In this document: one piece after another, positions 1 to 11,885 of the stretch
Position numbering within the stretch: the first letter of the stretch is position 1
Layout of the letters: the number at the start of each line of letters is the position of its first letter
DNA from: Eledone cirrhosa
Taxonomy: Eukaryota
Length of the DNA: 64,000 nucleotides
NCBI GenBank assembly: GCA_964016885.1
Contig: OZ024742.1
Coordinates: forward strand, 312,294,001-312,358,000
Direction of reading: 5' to 3'
The notes under the pieces: generated by a model
What the model was told of the DNA's origin: nothing
Database searches by the model: none
Seen by the model: the letters and a program-made list of their open reading frames with translations, nothing else
Made by a program: the position numbers and the translations under genes

Positions 1-452
1 AAGGGCAAAGGAGCTCTTAAGAGTCAATGGCCATCCAAAATCACCGGGAGAGATGACCGCTTAGCCTTTGTCAAGGCAGAATTCTAGGAGAAGGAAAACT
101 GATATAACACCTGCAACCCTGATGGTATCCAATGATGTTGACTTGTTCTTCTTTTTGGTAAATATCACCTTGGTTAAGAGAGTGGGACTGGCTTTGTGCA
201 GTGCCTTTGCTCACTATAAAAGCTTCACGGCACAGGCATTGCTTTATATCTGGAGATCTCTCTGCACTTGTCGTCACATGGTACCATGGGCCCAGCACTA
301 TGTGTAAAAAATTGTCACAAGTGTAGTGTTTGTACCAGAGTTTTCAAGTCGCTGGCTGGACTAAAAAGTCACACTCGTTCAGCGCATTGGTAGGGGTTCT
401 CCTACAGGGATATAAAGTAGTGGCCGTACTCGAAAACGAGTTGGCAGCCACC
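1..452 (+). repeat. Dispersed repeat (left-truncated by window), homologous to 15000-15330
   Basis: Shares blocks CCTGCAAC..ATCCAATGATGT..GTTCTTCTTTTTGG..GTTAAGAGAGTGGGA and the end ACTCGAAAwCGAGT-TG(G)CAGCCACC(AT)n with the 15-kb copy. Resemblance to an RTE 5'UTR is from memory only. Confidence 0.6.
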
Positions 453-458
453 ATATAT

Positions 459-3400
459 ATCATCATCATCATCATCATCATTTTACGTCCGCTTTTCCCT
501 GCTTGCAAGGGTGGGACGGGTCTTATTCAGCACAGCATCTCTCCACTCGTCACGGTCCCTCGTCATCTCCACCGTGAGCTTCAATGATCTGAGGTCTGTT
601 CTCACCACCTCCGCCCATGTTTTTCGTGGTCTACCTCTACCACGTCTTCCTTCAACTGGCATTTCCTGGCACTTCTTCACCCATCGGTCATCCTCCATGC
701 GCATCACATGTCCATACCACCTCAGTCTCCTCTCCCGTACACTACATTCTATCCCTCTCAGACACAGTTTCTCTCTCAACACATTTATGCTGGGTCGTTC
801 ACGCACATTTACACTGCACATCCAACGGAGCATGCTTGCCTCATTTCTCTCCAGCCGTCGCATTTCTTCTGCGGTTGCTGCCCATGTCTCACTACCATGC
901 AGCATCGCGCTTCTCACACAGGCATCATACAACCGGCCTTTCGTACGCAGGGAGAAACCCTTCTTCGTCAACAGAGGAAGCAGCTCCCTAAACTTCTTCC
1001 AACCCGTCCTTATTCTAGATACTATGGCCTCGGAACACCCTCCTCCCTAGGTACCGGAAGCTATCCACCACTTCTATAGCGCCCTCTCGCATTTGAAAAA
1101 TGTGTCTATCAGTGCGACTTCTACTGTCTAATTTCCCTGTACATCTACTGCATACATATTTCTCCCTACCTGTTAGTTTGCCTGCTATCCCGCTACATCT
1201 CTTGTGTACCCAGGACCTACATTGTGTGCATTTTATAGAATTTATGCCAGTTCCTTTTCTGCATATCGAACATGGCCATTTCCCTGACGGAATCAGGGTT
1301 TTGTCCTCTTTTCTACTCATCAACACTTTTTGTCTTAGCTAGATTTACTCTCAGTCCTCTTGCTTCCAACTGCTGTTTCCATAGCCGGAATTTATTCTCT
1401 AGCTCCTCTACTGATTCTGCCATAAGAGCCAGATCGTCAGCATAGAGAAGTTCCCATGGACAGCCAGTCTTAAACTCCTCTGTTATGGCTTGGAGGACTA
1501 TAATGAACAAGAGCGGGCTGAGGACCGAACCCTGATGTACTCCTACTTGTATCTGGAATTCCTCACTAAACTCCATTCCTACCCTGACTTTACTGAGAGT
1601 ACCTCTGTACAAAGTTTGCACTGTCCTTACAAGCCATTCCTCAACACCCAGCTTCCTTAGGGACCACCAGATGACAGATCGGGGTACCCTATCAAAGGCC
1701 TTCTCTAGATCAACAAAGGCTAAGTATAGTGGCTTATTCTTCTCTAAGAACCTCTCTTGCATTTGTCTCACCAAGAAGAGGGCATCTGTTGTACTCTTCC
1801 CAGGCACAAAACCAAACTGCATCTCATCTAGTTTGACCCTTTCTCTAATTAGTTGTGCTAAAATCCTTTCTGCCACTTTCATAACCTGATCTATCAGTTT
1901 TATACCCCTATAATTGCTCCTCTCCAAAGCATCCCCTTTACCTTTGTAGCAATTTATGAGAATACTGCTGCACCAGTCTTTGGGTATGACACCACCATAT
2001 ATAGCCTGATTGATTATGCGTGCAACCAGTTTAGTGCCTACGTCCCCTGATGCCTTCAGCATCTCAGCAACTATTCCCGATGGTCCGGCCGCCTTACCAT
2101 TTTTCATTTCCCTAATCGCCTCTTGGACCCTATATTCGTCAATCTCAATAGCTGGTCCCTCTGTCAGATCTACCAAGGGTAATTTCTCTCTCTCCCATTC
2201 GTTCTCCACATTCATCAGTCTCCCATAATGACATTTCCAGGCCTCCTTTTTCTGGTCATTCGTGACACTAAGTACACCGGCATCATCCCGGACACATTTA
2301 TCACCAACAACATCCTGATTTGCATTGACACACTGCCTTGTAATGTGGAACACCGCACGCCTCTGATCTTCCCGTCGCAGAACATTGGCAAACCTCCTAC
2401 TCTCTGCCTCCCTGCGTGCTAAGTACACCTGACGTCTAGCTTCTCTCTTAGTGGCTGTATATTCTTCCCTACTCCCACCCTTTTTCCAAGCCTTCCATGC
2501 TAGTCTTTTGTCTCTAATAGCCTTATCTACACTGCTGTTCCAACACCAGGTCACTCTCTGTCTGGTTGGAGCTCTGCTCCAGCCACAGGTTTCATCAGTA
2601 GCCTTCAGCAAGTTGTCACGTAAGAACTTCCAGTTATTATCTATGTCATACGTCTCTAAATCGTCTTCTTTTTCGTCATATACATCTTGAAGGGCTTTCC
2701 TAAATTTGAATTTTAGTGAAAGGTCTTTTAGCTTCCAGACCTTTCTTCTCCACACCTTCCTATATGTCTCATTCCATCTCTTGCTTACTGATATATCACT
2801 AACAACTAACCTATGCTGTGGGGTACATTCTTCCCCAGGGTATGCCTTGGTATTAGACACTATCTGCCTGTCCCGCTGCCTAACTAGCAGGAAGTCAATC
2901 TGGCTTATGTGCTCACCAGATTTGTAGATTATTAGGTGATTGGCAGGTTTCTGGAAGTTTGTGTTGCAAATAGTCAATGTACTTGCATCACAAAATTCAA
3001 GAAGTCTCACTCCTTCTTCATTTCTTGAACCGTAACCGTGCCCACCATGTACCCCAGTGTAACCATCCTGGAGCTGTCCAACATGACCATTGAAGTCTCC
3101 TGCTAGCATAACGATGTCTCCGTCCTCTGTCATTGTGGTTGTTTGCAAGAGTTGCTCATAAAAGCAGTCTTTCTCATCTTTGCCTAGGCCTGCTTGGGGA
3201 GCATAGACCGAGATGATTGTCAGTAGTCTCCTACCTACAACTAATCTAAGCTTAATTATTCGATTACTAACTCGAACTACCTCTATTGTCTTATTGATCC
3301 ATTTCTCAGCCAGGAAAATGCCTACTCCCCCTAACCCATCATCCTTACCTACCCAGAATAGCTTATAGCTAAGACGCTTGCCTACGACTAGTCTCGCAGA

Positions 3401-3612
3401 GGCACCTCTCCATCTCACCTCTTGCACGCAGCACACATCCACCTGCCTTCTCTCCAGCATCTCCGCTATTTCAGCAGATCTACCTCTGAGAGTGCCAACA
3501 TTAAGTGTTGCAACTCTGAGATGCGACGTCTTCATATTTTTCTATGCTGTTTTGTTGCTGTGCTGATAAGCTTTTTGGCATTGATACACTGGTTGGATGC
3601 CCTTCCTAACAC
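459..3612 (-). mobile_element. RTE-clade non-LTR retrotransposon (subfamily 1), near full length, two frameshifts
   Basis: Single APE-endonuclease+RT frame split over ORFs 1313-3535, 1015-1326 and 483-971. (ATG)n 3' tail at ~459-482. Flanked by (TA)n with candidate TSD CATATATAT (452-460 / 3612-3620). Confidence 0.93.
483..3535 (-). pseudogene. RTE ORF: APE endonuclease, reverse transcriptase, PHD-like finger and C-terminal domain (frameshifted)
   Basis: APE motifs TLNVGTL, VQEVRW, YAP, GDFNGH, QIDF. RT motifs NYRGIKL, FVDLEKAFDRV, GVHQGSVLSP, LLYADD. Extra A in an A-run near 1327-1331, and a short deletion near 1047 (FRYLG[DKISS]GGG relative to subfamily 2). Confidence 0.92.
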
Positions 3613-4084
3613 ATATATATATATACATATATATATACATATATATTTATACATATACATACATACACACACATTTATTCTTCAACTGGCCATGCCAGAG
3701 CACAACCATGAAAAGTTTTTAGTCAATCATATCAACCCCAGTACTTAATTTTTAGCATAGTACCAATTTTAATGATGAGCATTCAGTTGTTCAGTCAACT
3801 GAGTGTCCGACATATGAATTAATATGAGTGGTTGAGTATTCCACTGGCATAGGCACCTTAACGCAATTCTCAAGCCAAATGAATATGACACTATATGTAA
3901 CATGGCTGGAACTTTGAATTACAAGTACAACCCATGAGGTAGGCTTCCACATACTTCCTGCCTACCTTGTTTCACTCATTAGGCCTGAGTCAATCTGACA
4001 CTAAGGTAAAAGCTACTTGCCCAAAATGTCATGCAGTGGAATTGAACTTGTGATTGTGAAGTTAACTTGTTAATTGCTGAATCA

Positions 4085-4520
4085 TACATACAGCACCACA
4101 ACACCACCAATACCACTGACCAGCATGTACACCACATACACTACAATCATACATACAATACCACATCACCGCCAACACCACCAACATCACAAACATCACA
4201 AACACCACCAACACCACATCATCACCAACACCACCAACACCACATCACCACAAACACCACAAACACCACCAACACCACACCACAAACAACACCAACAGCA
4301 CCAACACCACATCATCATCAACACCACAAACAGCACCAATACCACAAACACCATATCACTGCCAATACCACAAACACCACATCACTGCCAACACCACCAA
4401 CATCACATCACCACCAACACTACTGACCTCAACGTACACAACACAACACACCACATATACACCACAAACAACCTAACATATACCCACCACAACCCACAAC
4501 CACTACCATTAACTCACACC
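4085..4520. repeat. (CAC/CAA)-rich low-complexity tract; second tract at ~5015-5330
   Basis: Degenerate trinucleotide repeats giving His/Thr/Pro-rich spurious ORFs. Confidence 0.85.
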
Positions 4521-5799
4521 ACTAGGTATCATGTACTTTTAGACAAAGCTTGAAAAGGCAATCACTAATGATTACACAATGCATCACAGCTTACAGGTTT
4601 AAAAACACCTGAAATATACATTCCTGACCATCAGTCATTAAGGTACAAATAATAGCATAAAATATAACCAACTTCAGTCACCCCTCCTCCCCCCACTGTA
4701 TATCACTCATAAACACCACTATTACCATCATCAATGCAACACTACCAACACCACCAACATTACCACTTTACTTTGACTATAACTAGTAGTTAAGCTAAAA
4801 TCAAAAGCATGACTCTATGCAATTAGATGAACTACAAAATACCCATTATCAAACATACCAATAAAAAAAACAAAGAGACTATAGTACCAAATTTAGTAAG
4901 AAAGAAAGAGTATGATTTCTTTGATAGGTATTATATAAGTCAATATTATTATATTTGTAGTGAAGCATTAGAGTTGATCAAATTTACTTCTAGTCTATCA
5001 TCACTATAGCTTATCTTACCACCACCACCATGACCAACAATAACAACAGGAAGACCACCACCACCACCTACAACAATAATGCCAACTACACCACCACCAC
5101 CACAATGACCAGGAACAACACCATCACTCACAACAATAATGCCAACTACACCACCACAACGTACAACAACATGACCACCACCCACAAACCATTCACCAAC
5201 ACCCTCAACAACATAACATCAACACCCACAACACCACCACTAACAACAACAATGCCAATTACACCTGCCCCAACAACACCACCACCACCACCACCACCAT
5301 AAACAGTACCTACTACACCATCACCACAATCAAGTGGTACTCTCGATTATGATACTAGTACAATACAAAAAAAAAAATCCATAACTGATACTTGTGTTGT
5401 ACTGTCAAAACTTTGAATAGTCTATTCCCAGAGATTTTACACAGCAACATTGTATATTTTAAATATTTGTTATTAACAGTGGCTGTTTACTGATAAGCCA
5501 GCAACATCTGTGAAACTTCAAAGTCAACTCTCACCATTAATAACAAATATTATATTGACTATCTATATACATTATATAAATCCTTAAATCAGGTCTTATA
5601 TAATGTATATCAAACAAACTCATAAAATAAACATATATGTTATCAATATTTAAATGTATTTCAGTATAAAGATGTTTTATTTTCATGTTTGGTTGGTTCT
5701 TTTAGAAGTAGGAGTTAATTTTATCCAACATTATATTTGAATTATCCTTGTGTGTCATAAGAGGCAGTTAAAAGAATCGGCATCGAGAAGGGTATTATA

Positions 5800-6210
5800 A
5801 TCATCATCATTGTTTAACATCTATTTTTCACACTTGCATAGGTTAGACGGGTTGCCACATTATGAGACAAGTCAGGTCTGGAGATCACATCTTGCACATA
5901 TGGCTCTGTATTTTGGCTTGGTTTCTACAGCTGGATGCCTTTCCTAAAGCCAACTTCATTACAGTGTGGACTGGATGCTTTTTATCGTGGCATCAAAACG
6001 AGCATCTAACATGGTGGACTGAACACTTTTTGTTATGTCACCAGCACAACCACCATACAGGGTGGACTGGACGCTTTTTGTCGTGACACCAGCAACAATA
6101 TCCTATGGGGTGGATTGGGTGCTTTTTTTTGGTCACCAACATGACCCCCTTACAGAATGGACTGAGTGCTTTTGTTGTTATGGCATTGGGTCAGTATACA
6201 GAGTGGACAA
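5800..6210 (-). mobile_element. Old RTE-tail SINE/non-autonomous fragment with ~6 tandem ~40-bp modules
   Basis: CATCATCATTGTTTAAC..GCATAGGTTAGACGGG..CTGGATGCCTTTCCTAA, then repeated TACAGnGTGGACTGGnTGCTTTTT. Confidence 0.75.
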
Positions 6211-6524
6211 AATACTGCCTCAAAAAGTCTGTCCAGTTTATGTCAGTATTGAAATGATATGATGATTAATATAAATGTTGTGTAAGCCACAAGCATAAAC
6301 ACTTTGTATTTTATCTTAACTAGTTGTCCACACAAATGTACTCTAAGACCTCAGTGTATAACAGTAATATTGTGTAATTAATTAATCTACTAGAAATAAC
6401 AACCAATTCTCCCTCCATCTGTACTCTATCAACAGTTTCCATTTACAAAAATGTTGTCACAAGTCAACCCAGGTTACTGTGCAGTGGGATCAAATCTCAA
6501 ACCATGATGTTGCAAAACAAACAA

Positions 6525-6732
6525 CCCATTAGCATTTACATCACTTTATATATACTTTCTGTATTTTGTGGTAAAGGCTTTACCTCACATAATATCAAAG
6601 CTACAAGATTTTGATGTTATCTATTTTGAGAACAATACCTTAACATCGGTATGAACAGCTGATTACAGCTGGTTTGAACAGAAAGAGGTGAGAGAATTTT
6701 GGTTGGATATGGCTGGTTTAAATGTTAAAGGG
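6525..6732. mobile_element. piggyBac-like TTAA MITE, family A (~210 bp)
   Basis: TIR CCCwTTAGCATTTA...TAAATGyTAAAGGG followed by TTAA; homologous to the other family A copies. Confidence 0.8.
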
Positions 6733-6767
6733 TTAATGATGATACAGTTATATCAGCAGAATTTTAA

Positions 6768-7230
6768 CTCTTTTGTTACAATATTTCTAATGTCTATGAT
6801 TTGCAAATATTTTTTTAAATAATCAAGAATTTGGAGGGATTAAATAATATAACTAACTTTCTCATTAAGCTGTTGTATCGAATATAGCATAAAAGTGTTT
6901 ACTGAAAATTTTGATGGAAGATTTTTAGATGAATATGGTTCCTGATTTAGGCACAAGGCCAACAATGATTTGGTGAGGGGAAAGTTGATTAAATTGATCT
7001 CACTACATTACTGGTGCTTTATTTTATTGGCCCTATAAGGAGAAAACGCAAAGCTAATCTCGGCAGTATTTGAACTCAGAACGTAAAGGGCCGAAACCAT
7101 GCCGAAAGTATGTTGTCCTTTTCTCTACCGATACTGCTAGTCCACTTGCCCCACTTTTTTTTAGATAAACATTTAAAATAAATGGCTTTGTATCATACGA
7201 CCAGTTTCAGGTGGTTTAATATCGAAAGGG
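6768..7230. mobile_element. TTAA MITE family B with nested minus-strand tRNA-SINE (~6938-7150)
   Basis: TTAA-CTCTTTTGTTAC ... ATATCGAAAGGG-TTAA. The internal segment is the reverse complement of the 42181-42375 SINE family. Confidence 0.65.
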
Positions 7231-8595
7231 TTAATATTCTATTATTAAATTTCTCTTGTATATGAAATAAATAAATAGCTCAATAATATAATTAATTAGT
7301 GACCCACATTGTTTTGTTGATTGATTGTACAAAAGGATGTGAGCAAATCAATATATTTCTAGGAGCATCGCAACAATTAATTATAATCATGAATTGGCAA
7401 AATTGTTAGACCAACAGATTAATAAGGCATCCATAGTGCCCCCAGCTTTCTGTACTCTGAGTTCAAATTCTGCTGAGACCAACTTTGCTTTTCATTCTTT
7501 CAAGGTCTATAAATAAAGTACCAGTGCAGTACTAGGGTCAATGTTTTCCTCTATCTCTCTCTGGAAGAAATCAGGTGACAGGGATGGGCACCACTGGTTT
7601 AAAATGCCTAAGACACAGAGCTCCTACAATTCCAACAGTTAAGAGCCCTTTACATTTATCTGTATAATACTAATGTGTGTTTTTTCCAATTATCAAACTA
7701 CTATAACAAAGGTTGTCCTTCTTTGCCTACATATCCCTGGGAGGGTCATAAAGGAAGAGTCCCCACACACGCTTTCCAGATCACATAACAAAGGTTCTTA
7801 CATGAAATTATACTTTTAGATAATAAAATGTGCTTTAACTCTTTTGATACCAGAGCCACTTGAAACTGCCCTTGGTTTTATGATACAAATTAGAAACTTC
7901 CACAACCTTCAATAATGAAAAAGTTAGTTACATACATTACACATTAAATATATATATTTATATATATATATAAAGGTTAAATTTATTGGAAAAAACACAA
8001 CAGCATACATAATATACAGGTAAATATATACATATACACACACACATACACACATCACACAAACACATATATACATATTTACCTGTATTATATCTATGGT
8101 GATGTGTTTTTTTTTTACAATAAATGTAACCTTTTCCTTACCATTTTTCTAAGGAAATACACTACCTATCATTTTCAAATCATTTTGAAAATAATCAAGA
8201 ATTTTTAGATGGACTTTCAAAATAAATTGAAGCATCAAACCATAGAACCAGGTATGTTTTCAGGTAGTGTGGTATATTTTCTCAGCTTGGTGAATTTTAA
8301 AACAAATATAGCATTCCAGAGGCTATGCACATTGTAGTGCAAAGGTGATATGTTAATCTGAACACTAAAAAGTGAGCTTTGGGGAATTATTCTAATACAA
8401 TCAATCATGTTATACTATTTCTACAATCTAATCTGTCAGAAAGGGGTTTGGCAGTTTTCACTCAGATCAGTAATACAAGCACAAATATAGCAAATAGTTT
8501 CACTTCTTAAATACACACAACACTTCAGACTATCATTATTTACATCTTAGTAACCACTACAGCTAAGTAGCTAATGATGTAAGGAATATATATAT

Positions 8596-8937
8596 GGAGG
8601 CACATGGCTTAGTGGTTAGAGCATTGGCCTTGTAATCGAAAGGTTGTGAGTTCAATTCTCAGACCGGGTGATGTGTTGTTTCCTTGAGCAAGACACTTTA
8701 TTTCACATTGCTCCAGTTTACTCAGCTGTAGAAATGAGATGATAGGGACTGCGGTCCCTATCATTCCACTGCAAAGTGGTCGTGGAGGTGCCATGGCAAA
8801 AAAGCACCCAGCACTCACTGTAAATGAGGTTGGTGTTAGGAAGGGCATCCAGCTGTAGAAATCAAGCCAGAATCAGTTCCCGTCCCACCCTTGCAAGCAG
8901 GGAAAAAGCGGACGTAAAATGAAATGATGATGATGAT
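8596..8937 (+). mobile_element. Young tRNA-derived CORE-type SINE with RTE tail (copy A)
   Basis: A box TGGCTTAGTGG and B box GAGTTCAATTC. CORE-like CCTTGAGCAAGACACTT..CAGTTTACTCAGCTGTAGAAATG. The last ~40 nt match the 3' end of the RTE at 481-520. (ATG)n tail, inserted in (TA)n. Confidence 0.9.
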
Positions 8938-8954
8938 ATATATATATTATACAC

Positions 8955-9009
<55 letters not shown>

Positions 9010-10160
9010 CATATACATACACTTGCATATATCATCATCATTACTGTTTAATGTCCATTTTCCCATGCTTGCATGGATCAGATGTTACGCCTGCGTCAAG
9101 AGACAAGTCTGACCAGGATTGGCCACGCCATACCTTGCTCTGATGGGACTGTAAATTTGGCCAGGGTTTTTACAGCAGGATGTCCTTCCTAAGACCAACT
9201 ATATATGTATACACATCATCATTTTTACATCCGTTTTTCCATGCTTGCATAGGTTGGGCAATATGAAAAGCAATCATCATTATCACTACCACCACCATCA
9301 TCATTTTAATATCTGCTTTTCCTGTTAGCAGATCCATATTGACCAAGTCAGTACTGAAGCAGAACCACTGATCTCCTACACAAGCCAGAGACCTGTGTCT
9401 CACTTATGTATGGTGTCACATTCCATTGAGAGGTTGTCATGCCTTTGAAACAACTGAGAGTCCTCCCAACACTTTGCTTGGCAAGGCCACCAATTTTTGG
9501 AGTGGGAGAGTCAATTAATTCGACACCAGTACACTACTGGTACTTATTTTATTGACACTGTAAGAATTAAAAGCAAAGCTAACCTCAGTGGAATTTAAAC
9601 ATGTAAAAGGACGTAACTATATACCACAAAGCATTTATCCAACAATCTACCAATACTGCCAATCCACTATCCTATCAAATGATTTCTTGTTTGGCAGAAA
9701 GTCATTTTTTCCTGGTGAGTGGATTGGAGCAACAGCAAATAATAGTAATACTAATAATTTCTTTATTAACCACAAAGGGTTTACAAGAAGAAAACATTGA
9801 AAACAGCACAGGACTGGACAAGATGGTGTACAATGTGAGTTTTTACATGTAAAAAGAGTGATAACAGAAAACCAAACCAAACTACTAAAACAGATTAATA
9901 CAAAAGAAAATTCCCCGAGGGTCACTCGTGGAGAACAGCCACAAAAGAAGCCATATCACCCTGAAGATGTGCTATAGCTTCATTATTATCATTACCATCC
10001 TCATTAATAACATCTTCACCACTTCACAATAATCACCACTGCTGCCACCACCCCCCACCAACAATGATAATGACAACAACAACAATACCACCACTACCAC
10101 CAACACCAACAATTTTTTTATGTTTCTAAGACTACATATGTAACTGGTGTCTATAGTTAC

Positions 10161-10240
10161 CTGCATTAACAGTTAGAAGCAGCTGTTTGAAATCATATGA
10201 GAAACATTGCTTTGCCACATTCATGTGCCCACTGTTCAAA
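10161..10240 (-). other. Candidate 80-nt exon of an unidentified host transcript
   Basis: Minus strand: poly-T tract + ttttcag acceptor and CAG|GTAACT donor. One open frame, LNSGHMNVAKQCFSYDFKQLLLTVNA, not recognised. Confidence 0.3.
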
Positions 10241-10489
10241 CTGAAAATACAAAAAAAAACAAAAAACAATAAATAAATAAATAGATAAATAATAATAATA
10301 ATAATATTATAATAACATATTAAAGAGAACAGATAAATTTAATCAATGAAGAAAAAAAAAAGGAAAGAAATAGACAAATAATTACTTGCAGAAGGGACAA
10401 CACCAATAATCCGCCTGTGACATATCACTGAATGGAAACTGCATAACTATTTTTTTTATTTTTGTTCATGTTATTTTATTCATGTAATA

Positions 10490-10548
10490 GCTGTCTGATG
10501 AGGTAGTAACTGTTACATACAAGTTACCATAGAAATACATATAACAGC
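10490..10548 (+). ncRNA. Minimal type I hammerhead-like motif (decayed)
   Basis: GCTGT-CTGATGA-G-GTAGTAACT...AGTTACCAT-A-GAAA-T-ACAT-A-TA-ACAGC; stem I GCTGT/ACAGC. Confidence 0.6.
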
Positions 10549-10712
10549 AAATGTGTAACAAAAAAATGAGGTAAATTCTAACCTACTGATATAATTGACT
10601 TTCCCTTCCCTTAAATTGTGGACGGTATGCCAATGTTTGAGAAACTCATGTGAATAACAGCTATTCAACAGGGGTATATCAAAAATAAAAACAATGTTTA
10701 CGTTTTTCACAC

Positions 10713-10776
10713 CTGTCTGATGATGTATTAAACATTATGTAATCAAGGTTTCATGCATTTGAAATGTACCTAATAG
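10713..10776 (+). ncRNA. Second, more decayed hammerhead-like motif
   Basis: CTGT-CTGATGA-TGTATTAAAC...GTTTCATGCA-TTT-GAAA-TGTACC-TA-ATAG. Confidence 0.4.
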
Positions 10777-11664
10777 ACAAATTGAAGCAAAAAATGTAAA
10801 ACTCTCTTTTTCCTAAATAACATAACTCCATTAGATACCATATACGGAACACCTATTCTTACTTAAGATATGGAGTGCTTAAGTTTGATTACACCATAAT
10901 TAGTTGATTGCAAAGATCAAACATGTTCAATTGAACAGGTATATATATATACATACACACACACACACTACTTTATATGTATTGAATACTCAGTTATCTT
11001 TTACTGTTTTTATGCCTGGTTACATATTAATATATATATATACACACATACATATATGGGGGGGGGGGGGATATATAGAGCGATAGAGATACAGTGTTGA
11101 CTGCTTTTTGGATCATTTCTTCTTGAAAATGTTGGCATGTTTTTGATTGATATAATCTGAACTAGGCCATGCATAGAATCTAGATGGTTTTTTTTCTAGG
11201 TTTGAACAGAAAAAGGTGAGAGAATTCTGGTCGGATATGGGTAGTTTAAATGCTAAAGGGTTAGGATGTTAAGAGTTAAAAGAGAATCGAAAGGTTATAT
11301 AGGTACAGACCTTACCTAAACAAATACTATATAAATTCATTAGATTATAAATGAGTTAAACAAATAAAGCTACCATCATGTCTGTATTCATATAGAAATA
11401 AACTGAAGTACTTTTGTTAACACAGTGGTGAAGCTTAATAAAAACCTAAAAGCTATCAAAAACTCTTGTCAAATATAATATTAAAGACCATGCTGCTATA
11501 CTGTAATAAACATGTCTACATCACAAATCATTTCACTTTGGTCATCTGTTGCAAAGTGAATGGTCATTAACATTTGTCTTTACCAGATATAATACTTCAT
11601 CTGATATTTCCTTAACTTCAAGAAATTATTATTACACTTAAAAAAAAACATGCTTACTGCTTAA

Positions 11665-11885
11665 CTCTTTAATAATCATATTTCTAGTATAATACATTAT
11701 TTGAATTCATCTATGAAGAAGAATTTGGAAGGATTTACTACAATTATTTCAGTTATTAAGATGGTATTTGTAACATAATTAGGTTTTTACATAAAATTAT
11801 TTTGGAAGATTCCAATTTAAACAGGAACCTTCTAAATGGGTGGTTTTGTTCCATAAAACTAGAGGCAATTTTGGTATTAGAAGGG
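11665..11885. mobile_element. TTAA MITE family B
   Basis: TTAA-CTCTTTAATAA...GGTATTAGAAGGG-TTAA; body similar to 38543-38791. Confidence 0.65.

Noticed and set aside
380-452. HDV-like ribozyme on the minus strand (GGUGGCU..GGCCACU P1 with G.U)
   Set aside because: No P3/L3, P1.1 GG or J4/2 elements; it is a simple hairpin.
511-2927. Plus-strand ORFs overlapping the RTE (and antisense ORFs in other RTE copies)
   Set aside because: Antisense shadows of the RT coding sequence.
4067-5302. His/Thr/Pro-rich ORFs (also 32251-32596, 41567-41899, 44484-45769)
   Set aside because: Low-complexity trinucleotide or dinucleotide tracts open in several frames.
8596-8670. tRNA gene at SINE heads
   Set aside because: A and B boxes are present, but there is no proper acceptor stem or terminator, and the sequence continues into the SINE body.
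8609-8848. Recurrent 79-aa [20 protein letters not shown].. (five copies)
   Set aside because: Antisense reading of the young SINE; conservation reflects recent SINE amplification, and copy B has deletions in it.
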